Below, piece by piece: positions 53,801 to 64,000 of a stretch of DNA of 64,000 nucleotides. The first letter of the stretch is position 1. Every line of letters starts with the position of its first letter. The position numbers and the translations under genes are program-made. Below the pieces are notes generated by a model. It searched no databases. It saw only the letters and a program-made list of their open reading frames with translations, and was not told the DNA's origin. The stretch spans positions 737,228 to 801,227 of the forward strand of contig MNCI01001451.1 in the NCBI GenBank assembly GCA_015680685.1, read 5' to 3'. The DNA comes from Gnetum montanum (lineage: Eukaryota; Plantae; Gnetophyta).

Positions 53801-56800
53801 TAGTTAGATAGACAAAGAATGTTTGAGATTTAGCTTTGAAAAACTATAGGTCTAAGGTTCAAATCACTTTGGAATGAGAAATGAAGTATTCTTTCAAATC
53901 TTGGTTTCTTGTAAAATTGAATCCTACAAATGAAATGGATGGATGGATGATTCCTTATCTACCATAGAGGCTAAATATGTGACATTGGAAAAAGCTTTGA
54001 AGAAATGTTATGGCTTTATAGTTTTCTAACATCTTTGGGCTTTAAACAAAAGAACTATGATGTAAATTTTTTTAGACAAAGTACATAAAAGATCAATAAA
54101 TTATCATTTTATTACAGATATCCTAGAAGAAAGATGAATAAATGTGTAAAAAAATTCATACTATTAACAATGTTGCTGACAATCTAACAAAGATCCCTGT
54201 AATACAGAAAATAATTTTTTTGTAGAAAGCAACTTGAACTAGCAACAACACTAGCTTAAATGAAATTGGAAAGCGGTGCAGTAGTCCAGTCTTTGTTTTT
54301 GAAGTTTGACTAGATTTGTTTCCGAGGGGAGAAATTTGAAAGTGAAGCCAAATCTTTTACGCTTTGTAAAATCCTTTTTAATATTGTTTTAAAAGGTCAT
54401 GTCCCTTGTAATATTTAAATTTGTTTTTAAAAGGTTAACCCAAAGTTTTAAAGGGAAATATACAAGTTTCTCGAGGAAGGGGGAGGAATCATACATGGAC
54501 TAAGTTGGTGTAAAAGTTGCAAACTTGAATTGGCCACTGGGCTAACCATTTCCAAACTCGGAATGGGCAGATTTTGCTTGCAACGGCAGTCTTAATTGCC
54601 ATAGCCTGGTTTGTGGCATCTGTGGCATGTCCCCTATAAGCCATGATTAAGAAGATTGATTAGTTGGTGCACAACTTTATTTGGTCGGGAGAAAGGAGGT
54701 AACCACATGCATTTAATTGGGTGGGAAACTATTGCGTGTCCTAGGGAAGCTAGTGGACTAGGTGTATTTAAATTTGAAGATGAAATCTTGATGGGACATC
54801 AACGATTAATGAATCGCCTGCTACAAAACCAGGAGGGGTCTGCTCAATGGATTAAAATAATGGTCCAGAAATATAGACGTTGGGAAGCAGACCAACATGC
54901 CTTGCTGATGTGGAAGACACTTTGTAGGCATGCATAGGGTGTGTTGGGGGATTTTCCGCGACAACGTATCCAGGCGAAATACTCTCTTGTTGACGGCTGG
55001 AAAAAAAATACGGAGGGGCCAGCTGCTGGAAAAAATTAAGATGTTTATCTGGCTTATTAGCCATGATGTGCTTCCTGTGCAGGCTGTTTTGCACCGGTAG
55101 GGGTTATGAATTAATGATGAATGCTCATTATGTTCTAACAACCTCGAGACAGTGGCACACTTTGTTTATCAATGCTCATACATGGTGGACACTTTGCGGG
55201 CTATAATGTTGCATGGGCATGTAGGGTTAAGTGGAGATTCTAAGGCGGTGGTAATTCTCTGGGAGTTGTGGAGAATCTGTAATGGGGTTTCTTTCCAATC
55301 GGTGTGTTTACCTCTATTGGCACAAGCTGTGACTAATGATGCTTAGCTCTGGCGGGAAGTGATGGCAGCAATGGGTGTGACACCCACGTTTGAGTCGGCA
55401 TGCACAGTCTACCGTGCAAATCTGAAGCTCTAGTGGCTTGTTGAGGGGGTTGGGTGGGTGAAGGTCCTCCCTCAGTTGGAGGGGGATTTGGAGTTGGTCA
55501 ATGACCCCTTTTTTTCCAACTAGACCAGGGATGCTACTTTCCTTCGCAGGGTCAGAATCAAGCTGATTGAGATGGCATTGGCAATGCATCTGGGGGTGTC
55601 GGTGATGGGGAAAATGGTTTTGCCGATGGTGCATGGCCTCTAGGATGCTGAAATGTTTTTAATGGCATTGTGCCATGGACGAGTACCGGCCAAGTGCTGA
55701 AATTGGTGCTGCCTCTAATTTGGCAATAGATGGCAGAGCTTGTGGACTCTTTCCTGGTCCAATCTGGAAATGCATGGAAACCACAAAGTACGCACTTCAC
55801 CCTGTTGAAGTGTATGTGGCTTGGGCATGGGGTGAACCTGCCAAAGTTTTTCTTGGAGTCACTTTGCAAGCAACACTGGGGGCAACACTTAGGGTTGATA
55901 CTTGCTTTATGGTAGGACCTATATTCAGAACAAAACAAAAAGGACCATCAAAATAAACTAAAAATAGACCGGAGTGAAATCAAATGTTCAAAAACCAAAC
56001 CCCTTAGATGGAAAAATTGAGTTGCACTGAATGGTTCATTAACAAATTATACAATTTCTTTTAAAATCAATACATAACAACAAGCTGCGTTTTCTGATAT
56101 TATTTGTCTGATACAACATGAAATCAGACGAGCTTTGAATGGTCTATAGATTTGTTCAGTGGTGAGGAATAAAATGGATGTTAGTAATAACATGTGTGTG
56201 AAGGCAAAAGTCATGCAACCTGCAAGTTTATTTTATTTACTAATTAATTTACTTCATCGGCTAAAAATAATAGTGGCCAGATTAAGCCCACCCAATGACA
56301 TGTATTATTATTATTATCATTAATTAATTAATTTAGGTTTATAGCCATGTCCTTATTAATCTTTTTAAAATAATCGCCATCATTGATATCTATGTTTCCA
56401 TCTCTATTTACACTATTATGGTGTAATTTAAATTCTAGTGGCTCCCTAAGTTTTCACTCCAAATAGTTCTCTATTTTGCTATCACCTTACTTTTTTCTAG
56501 TTGTCACTTAGGTTAGTGAAATCTCTTAGAAAACTTCTTTCCATGTTCTGTTAATTTTCATATCTTCACTACTCGGTGCTCCATTGAACACCGCATTTCT
56601 CTGTATTATTAATTATCTTATCATTTGGAGAAGTGAAGAAGCTTCAAATTTGATCGATGGCTTAAAGACCACATGGAACCCAATGTTATTTAAAACATTT
56701 TCAGGTGTAACCGTGATTGGTCCATCTCATGGCATCGTGTTAAAAAATGATCATGAAGTTTGTATCGATATTCATCACTTGTTGAGTAAAAAGCTAGCAG

Positions 56801-59800
56801 TGAACCGTCGATTGATTTACCTTTTAAAAGGTTGGAATACCAACAAGGAACCACGTGACAGAAAAGGTCGCATTATTATCAAGTCCAAAGAATATTCTAG
56901 CTCATGTTGAAGAACAACTCTATAAAAGTACAATATTGTATTCTATCCATATTGTTGCTAGTTAAGCATAATTCTGTAATGTTTCTATTTTTGTTTATTA
57001 TGTTAATATCTGTCATCTGTTTCAATCATAGTTTTGGAGTGCAGATTGGATCAGATTAACTTTTCAGTCAAAAAAATTTTGGATCACAGGATCATCCTAA
57101 ATTACCACACACAATCATGTGGAATAATATAGTTATAAAACATTAAAACAATAGGGAGTTTAACGATTCCGCAATTCTGTGTCTTCTCAAATTTCCCAAA
57201 TCACCTGGAATCACATAGAATCATGGTCTCGTCACCCTTTGGAATGATGGAGAGAGTAATTCCAATCTGTTCCAGGTAGCTATGGTCTCAATTTGCGTTC
57301 CTCATTCAATTTTCTATTACTTATGCAAACCATCTGTTCTACAATCTGCTGTTCGTGACGTTCAATTCAAATCCTCCGCTTGAATTCCTCTAACTTTATC
57401 TGAATTTTTTATCAAGTTAAAAGTTTATTCCAAACATTACTAAAGTGTAAAAGGAATCGAACAATCATTCATTATTACTGCATGACAAAAGGAAGCGTAT
57501 GCACAGGTGCCCCGGCATCCTCGTTTGTCTACCAAGCAAACCTCCAAGAATCCTGAACCCAAAGATCATTACTTTTCCTACTTAAAGGCACCTGTTGGCT
57601 TTAATTTTACCATAAATGGGTTTGCAACAACAAATCAAAATTTGTCATAACAGAATTCACAAGATGGTTTTGTCCTTTTAAGCAGAAAAGCAGCCTTTGC
57701 TTCATTACAGACTACCCCTCCTTGTTTTCCTTGAACAGACCACCTTGAGTTGGGTCAACGTATCTCCAGGCTCCTTCATAAGGTATGCCTTACATCCATA
57801 ATTTTGTTATAGATATACGTTCATAAGCTGATTGCAGCATATCTAAAGTAGACCTCTTTTAGCAAGTAACAACATGGATACTCCATAAGTAAACATAAGT
57901 TACAAATTAAATAAAAAAAATTGAGAAAGGAAACAAAAGACATAATCAAATATTATAATTGTATGAAAATTCATCAAATATGAAAATATCTAAAATGTAC
58001 TGGAACTTCCACTTCTTGTGGTTTCAACTTGATACCAGACAATAGACACATCCGTGCATTTTTTAGGTAATCATATGCTCTGCACTTACAAAAGCCCATA
58101 AATAATAGTGTGCACTCAAAAAGAATTTCTGAATCAATTAGGAGATAAAATATTATATGCCACTTTAGTTTTACACGAGAAAAGAAAGAATAAAACCTAT
58201 ATGCTATCATCATACTTATCAACTTGCAAAAGTCCTTCTCCAGATGATAATTTCTCTTCTGGGTTTTCACTGATTGGGCATGCTGTGTTCTCTGAGGCCT
58301 TCCGTATAATATATGGACTAATGGGAAGTTCCTCTGCCTGAAAACAGTTGGAAAAATTATTCATTTTGTATGCATGTGTGATCTATATACACGGAAGTTA
58401 TCACATTACCTTCATTGCACTAAGTAACAGAGCAACACTTCCACATGCACATGGAGAAGCCATTGATGACCCATTCATCAACATACGGCGTTGCAGTGTC
58501 CATGTCGGGACAGGAGCAACTGCACCACCAGGAGCACTTAAACCCAAATCACCATCTATAGTAGGACCACGACTGGACCTGTTAGTATTCTATAATCCAT
58601 ATCATCACATTGAATACTTATAAATCTTTCATAAAAACCCATAGCTCAGTTTTAGATCTACAAATTTTTATCTAATATAAACAATAAAAAGGCAAAACTC
58701 TTCTACTTTAGCTATTCATCTCTATGCCATCAGACTTGGTGAATGCTTAACCATTAGTACAAACTCAAACCCTAATTATGTGTATGTAGGAACATGTCTG
58801 TGTATGCACATATGTGAAAAGAAATTAAAGTATTAATCACAATATGACATTAACGGTATAAGGTCTTATGCACAAGCAGTGACACCTAAACAACAGTCAC
58901 CAGCCAGGAACATAATAAGGATATATAGTTCAAGCTCACCCTCAAACCACATAAATAAGAGCTATATCAACCTTCTAAATACCCCTGCATTGAAGCTAGA
59001 GATGGCGATACTTGCAACCAAAATGAGTCATCACCAAATTTATAAGTACCATCAGTCTTCTACATACAGCTTAGTAGTTAATGCATCTGTCGCCCTCTGC
59101 AGGGACCTAGGCTTGAACCCCAATGCTGTCACTTATCACTATTGCAATGTTTGGTTGTGTAACAGAAAATTATAGGTGTCATTAGAACTGAACACTAGGT
59201 CATTTAAATAACTAAAACCATGCAGCAGCCAATTTTGCAAAGGGAAATATTATACATGGTGCCCTGGCTTCTTGCTAGCCCATCGTTTATAATGCTTACT
59301 TAAAAAACTTGTCATATTATTTTTTACATGTAGGTGAAATTTGAATTAGCAGCATTCCTTTTTGAAAATTTCCCAGCACCTGAAAAATATGCAACTACAT
59401 TCCCATGCCATGTATAGTAAATATAGTTAACGTAAACATTGTTCAAGCTAGCAAAAAGTTTGCATTTGAAAGTTTTGCTAAGGCTTCCTCACCATAGTTT
59501 CCCATTTCTATCACCCTGAACATGGAGACACATGTTTGGGCCAATGTTTTTTCTTAAGTCTTTTCTTTAAATTGAGTAGGTCAATAACATAGTTTGCTGA
59601 ATCAATAATCTAGATTTATAGGAATTTCGTTTGGTTGTGAAATTGACACTTTTCTCGGTATACCTGTTGTTTATTGAATTGGTCATTTAGGGCCAATGGT
59701 TTTCCCAAGTCTTTTCTTTAAACTGAGTAGGTCAATAACATTTTTTGCTGAATCAATAATCTCGATTTATGGGGAATTTGGTTTGGTTGAGAAATTGACA

Positions 59801-62670
59801 CCTTTCTCAGTTTACCTGTTGTTTGTTGAACTGGTCATTTAGATTCATGTGGAATTTAGCGAATAGTTTTATTTATGAATTTAGACACTATGTAACTATA
59901 TTTATGAAGCCCTTGATTGTGACTGCTCTATGTTGTCCAAGCATCTGTAGCCTTGTGGGGATTCTCGGTCCTGCGGAACTAGTTTTGTGTTTTCTTTGTG
60001 TTTCTGGTGGGTACCTGGGTACCTGTGGGGCCATTTATGGGGCCCCGTTTTTGATGTGGGGTTTCTTGGGTGGGGGTTTCGTTGGGGGTGTTTAGTTGAT
60101 TGTGGCCCTGTCTGTTAAGGTGTCTTTGGTGGTCTGTAGGATTATGATTGAGCAATGCCTCCCTAACGTACCCATATGAATTATGATTAAAAATCATTTA
60201 GGTTGTAGGATAAACACTTTTACCTAATGTCACAATTAGTAATTAGGTGATATGATGCATTTGTTTGATGTGCCTTGTTGGAACCATGCAAAATTTTTCT
60301 TGGGAACATACTAAATGATTTTTAATAAAATTTTCATTTCCATGTCTTTAATGGACGACTTGCATTATTTATTTTCTATGTATTATTTGAGTGAGGAGTG
60401 TTGGCAAGGTGGGCCTTTGGTGTTCAAATTACCAAGTTGGGTCTTGATATGCTTCAAAAATAGTGACTACAATGGCAATTGTGAGTCATGGTGGATTTCT
60501 TAGATGAGCTAAAATATGAGTTGCAATGGTGATTGCAAGCGGACTATGAGTTGAGATATTCATTCAATAGTAAATAAAAAACAAATGGTAAGGTCATAGG
60601 TCAAATGTGGGTTGCAGTGAATACTACGAGTTGCACTACGCTTCATGGTGAGGTCACATCAATGGTTGCAATTGAATTGCAAGTTATGGATTGCATAATA
60701 AACAAATTCCTAAAATTGAATGCAATTCAACTTTAAGTGGTAAGTTGGGTTGTGGTGAGGTCATAGTGATGTTTGTCATGCAAAAATTGAGGCAAGATCG
60801 ATTTAATTTGAGAGTTTGGGGGAAAATTAGGCTCGATGCTTTTGATGTTTTGTGACAATTAGTTGTCTTGGCAATTCTTAAATTTTTTTGAGAAAATATT
60901 TGGGAGTATATTACTGACAAAATATAGTATAGGAAATTACAAACCGTGGGTCATCAGCGATGGCCCTCAGTGGGTGGGGAAAAAACCCCTAGTCACAAAA
61001 CAATCCGACACCCCAACAGTCATGCCAAAACCACAAACCCCTTAGAAAACTCAGCAAATGCCTTGAAGCTGGCAGTATTTTGCCAATGCAAGCTCCTGAG
61101 CCTCATAGATTCAGGGATTCCTTTGAACCTCCTAATCTCTACCCCTTCTGAGCTAAACTGAAACAACAGGCCTTCTGAAACAGCCAAAAACTGTACATAC
61201 TCTATCATAGTTCATCTTGTGGCAACCCAATCCCTAATTTGATGTATTCTTGAATGAGCACTACTAGATGCAGTTGTGCATTGCACCTTTTAAGCAAGCT
61301 CTGTTCTGTAGCTTCACAATCTGAATGGGAATATTAAACACAACTGATTCCTAGGTAAGAGGGTGTCATGGCTCTTACCTCTCTACAGGTCTGGTCTAAC
61401 TTCCCACTCCACCCCTGCTTTCTGTTTTTGCTCCTCCTAATGCATGTCCTCCAAGCTCACACATGAAGCTCTCATCCAACTCTTTCACTGTCCTGCCATT
61501 TCTTCCTCCTCACTTTATATATTTTAAGCTTTTATTGTTTTGCTTTTGTAGAGCTAATTGTATTAGATATTGGTTCCTTCTTTTCATGTTTTAGTTGGAG
61601 TTCTAAACTATTTTATTTTACATTTGCAAACAGAGAATTTCCCGACTGTCCTTAAAATTTCTCTGTTTATTTCTTTGTGACAGATACACGTCATTTCATT
61701 CAGTGCACACACTGATGCTAAAGGAATCATGGATCTGGTCAAACATGTTTCTCCAAGGCATACTGTTCTTGTTCATGGTGAAAAACCACAAATGAAGGTG
61801 CTTAAATCAAGAATACGCAATGAGCTTGGGATTTGTTGCTATGATCCTGCTAATAATGAAACTGTTGAGATTCAACCAGATCATCCGATCAAGGTTGATG
61901 TTACCAAAGAGTTTATTAAAAGGAATAAGCAGCTTGCTCAACAGTTCCATGAAGAAGAAGTATCAGATATGGATTTATCTTTGCAGGGTATTAACAAAAT
62001 TGATGAATGCGTAAATGATTCCTTTCCAGTTGAAGGCATTGTGATACTCGATAATTCACAAGGTGCTAAAGTAAGTCTGTCAGAAGCATTGGATGAAGTC
62101 AACAAATACCGGTCTGATGTTACATTTGTATGTTGTTGTCCAATATATATCCAAACAGAATTACATGAGAGAGGCAAACTAGTCAATGCTGATGCAGATG
62201 GAACAAGCTCGCTAACTGATCAACCTTCTACGAAGAGACGTTGCACCATGGTTCTTGATAGTGATTCCAGGGACATGGATGAACAGGCTGACATGCACAA
62301 GAGGAAAATGTTTTCAGCAGAGCCAGTGGCCGAGATTACTGAAAATGCTCAAATTACTTCTCAGTGTCTGCAGCATGTGGTTTCTAATTTGTATGACAAT
62401 AATGCCGAATTTTTGTTTCTAATATATGCCAGGCTGGTTCAACATTTTGGAGCATTAATATTTGAGTTAGAGGGCCATTGCATTAAAGGAAAATCCATTA
62501 AGATTTATGTTTGCTTAGACAAACAGTGCTTTTACAAGACACATGATTGCCCAAGAAAAGGCCAGTTAGCTAAAGTTTTATGCTGTAGCTGGTCCAAAGA
62601 AGATACCAGACTTGCAGAAAAAGTTATTTATGTTCTTGGCATTATAAAACTAAATGCAAAGGGAGTTTAA
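29895..62670 (+). CDS. CPSF73-II: Cleavage and polyadenylation specificity factor 73-II / Integrator subunit 11 (metallo-beta-lactamase/beta-CASP endonuclease), 13 exons, 711 aa
   Basis: join(29895-29919,30008-30185,30278-30350,32185-32302,32780-32853,33277-33413,33777-33840,39319-39384,45612-45681,45811-45915,47116-47257,47470-47566,61684-62670) = 2136 nt, all GT-AG, open frame. Motifs [81 protein letters not shown] match plant CPSF73-II/INTS11. Confidence 0.96.
34560..35210. repeat. ttgcaa/gttgca-rich dispersed repeat (MITE/DNA-transposon-like), loosely related to 60420-60810
   Basis: Dense aattgcaagttgca-type motifs in both intervals; ends not defined. Confidence 0.3.
36178..36710 (-). 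mobile_element. Possible 5'-truncated retroposon 3' end
   Basis: GC-richer island in an AT-rich intron, beginning with a T11 tract (poly-A on minus); no recognisable domain. Confidence 0.35.
37050..37640 (+). mobile_element. Ty1/copia RT-RNase H relic
   Basis: [46 protein letters not shown]. Confidence 0.8.
39013..39225. repeat. Tandem duplication, 104 bp x2 (period 109)
   Basis: 39013-39116 vs 39122-39225, one mismatch. Confidence 0.95.
39960..40480 (-). mobile_element. LINE copy B: 5'-truncated, J-domain end + 3' UTR + poly-A
   Basis: [79 protein letters not shown]. Highly similar to 42056-42575; T-tract at 39960-39967. Confidence 0.9.
42056..44810 (-). mobile_element. LINE copy C: 5'-truncated at RT YADD; zf-RVT, extension, coiled coil, J-domain, 3' UTR, poly-A
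   Basis: EHYADDT near 44790; [13 protein letters not shown]...MGVTPTFEP; [10 protein letters not shown] near 43150; [32 protein letters not shown] (HPD 42501-42509); stop 42330-42332. Confidence 0.92.
47938..53390 (+). mobile_element. LINE copy D: near full-length, heavily decayed (ORF1, EN, RT, zf-RVT, part of extension)
   Basis: ORF1 KCLIGNF...TWKNPVEIR (48335-48601); ORF2 start near 49954; [13 protein letters not shown]; NHYADDT near 51945; [22 protein letters not shown] near 53260. Confidence 0.85.
49114..49302. mobile_element. 155-bp insertion flanked by a 17-bp direct repeat
   Basis: cctagaagccaaaggtg at 49114-49130 and 49286-49302; insert carries an A-box-like tagcctagtgg. Confidence 0.6.
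53400..54470 (+). mobile_element. Ty1/copia RT-end/RNase H relic with PPT and start of 3' LTR
   Basis: [17 protein letters not shown]...[37 protein letters not shown]; gaggggagaaatt-tgaaag near 54325. Confidence 0.85.
54480..55915 (+). mobile_element. LINE copy E: internal ORF2 fragment (post-RT, zf-RVT, Transposase_32/PMD-like extension)
   Basis: [63 protein letters not shown]...LGLILALW; collinear with copy A 2830-4570. Confidence 0.88.
59538..59842. repeat. Tandem duplication, about 152 bp x2 (diverged)
   Basis: gggccaatg...tggtcatttag repeated from 59538 and 59690. Confidence 0.92.
59960..60170 (+). mobile_element. Possible LINE 3'-UTR fragment
   Basis: G/T-rich segment (tttttgatgtggggtttcttgggtggggg) resembling the 3' UTR of copies B/C. 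Confidence 0.3.
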
Positions 62671-64000
62671 GTAATTATGGCCACGATTTTCTAGCTTCAT
62701 ACTATTCCTGTCTAAGGGCCCTTCCAATGATATTTCAGAATCATGGGTTTTGTAATTTTTCAGTATCTATGTAATTTTTAAGTTTTGTATCTTAATTTTT
62801 CACCCCATTTCAGATAACAGCATGGTTGTATTTGATTACTTTATTTCTGTTCTTCTGCTGCCAAATGCTCTATTCCCTTTAACCTGTGGATGCTCGTGGC
62901 TGTCGAAGGATTTATCATTTACAAAATAGGTGAGAATAAGTTGGTTATGAAATAAATGGCTTCACAAGTTTAATCCTGTTACATATCCGATGGTTACAAA
63001 TACGACCACCTCTTTAATTGACCAGGTGCTCTACGTAATTGGCTTGAGATGGGTTTGAGTTCAATTGATGAGAGTGTGGTGATAACTTTTGAAATTTTTT
63101 AAATACTAGGATCCGTTTAAAAAGGTTGACATACAGACTATTTATAAAGTTTTGAGAACCTTTAAGAACTTTTAGACTGGGTATAACATTCATTACTGTT
63201 TTATAAAATAAGCAACAGGATACTTGTCTTATGACACGATTGATTTACCATGATTAATAACAAAATTTACAGGTGGAAAATTATTAAGACTTGGACCATG
63301 GTTTTAGTGCGATGTTGTTGTTCTATAGAAGATTCATGGATGCCCCGATTCATATAAATTTTTTTCTAAGAATGTATTTTTTAGTACCCCTCTCCGGTGG
63401 TACTGCACAGATGTAAACTGTAAACTAAGCTTAATGTAAACCCTCGTGGTGTATAGTTACAAATACTCAAGTAACTGAGCATATTGAGATTCCCATAAAA
63501 TGCTTTGCATACGTTTTGTAGTTTTATTCCATTTCAAAATCAATTAATACTTTTTCAATGCCAATTAGAGATGTGACAAATTTAAGTTGATTTGAGTTAT
63601 ACTTCACTTTTCTAAAATGTTTAGTTTAATTTTAGATTTTTTATACTTATTGTTAGATCTCTAAAACTTCCTCATATATGAGTGAAGATATGTCAAAGTT
63701 TAACTTTGTATTGATTCCATTATTGTAGCTAGATCTAGCTATTTAATCTCATCTTGGAATTTGGAATTTGCAATGGTAAATAGTTACTATATGGAAGCAA
63801 TGATATTGTAATCTTTGTAACGATCTTTCTTAATTGAAGATTTAAGGAAGTTGCTTGCCATGATGCTTTGATGATTTCTATGTTAATATTTTGTAATTTC
63901 ATTTTGCATGTGTAGTATTTGTAACAAGTGGTACTATAGCCATGTTTTAATAAGTTGTGCAATTTTATTTTATTGGCTTAGCACAAAGTGTTCAAAGTGG

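Noticed and set aside
59062-59132. tRNA-like A/B boxes
   Set aside because: No cloverleaf; at most a decayed SINE head with no TSD or tail.

Overview
This is eukaryotic, land-plant-type genomic DNA; the species cannot be fixed from sequence alone. Left half: a decayed minus-strand L1-clade LINE (about 1960-26600) is split by an 18.7-kb minus-strand Ty3/gypsy element of the Tat (Ogre/Retand-type) group (6791-25501). Right half: one intact 13-exon host gene, CPSF73-II/INTS11 (29895-62670, +), whose introns are swollen by further LINE copies, Copia relics and small duplications. Two unusual systems stand out. (1) A LINE family, five copies here, whose ORF2 continues in frame past the zf-RVT knuckle into a plant-transposon (Transposase_32/PMD-like) domain, a coiled coil and a terminal DnaJ J-domain with intact HPD; the J-domain is visible in three copies. 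(2) The Tat element carries, between protease and RT, an antisense 8-exon gene of about 1080 codons (degenerate FCP1/NIF HAD-phosphatase-like domain, Transposase_32/PMD-like domain, acidic/NLS region, coiled coil). It also has a candidate internal bidirectional promoter with a spliced leader for RT, and three arrays of a covarying hairpin motif. All domain calls are by eye from manual translation and need HMM confirmation.
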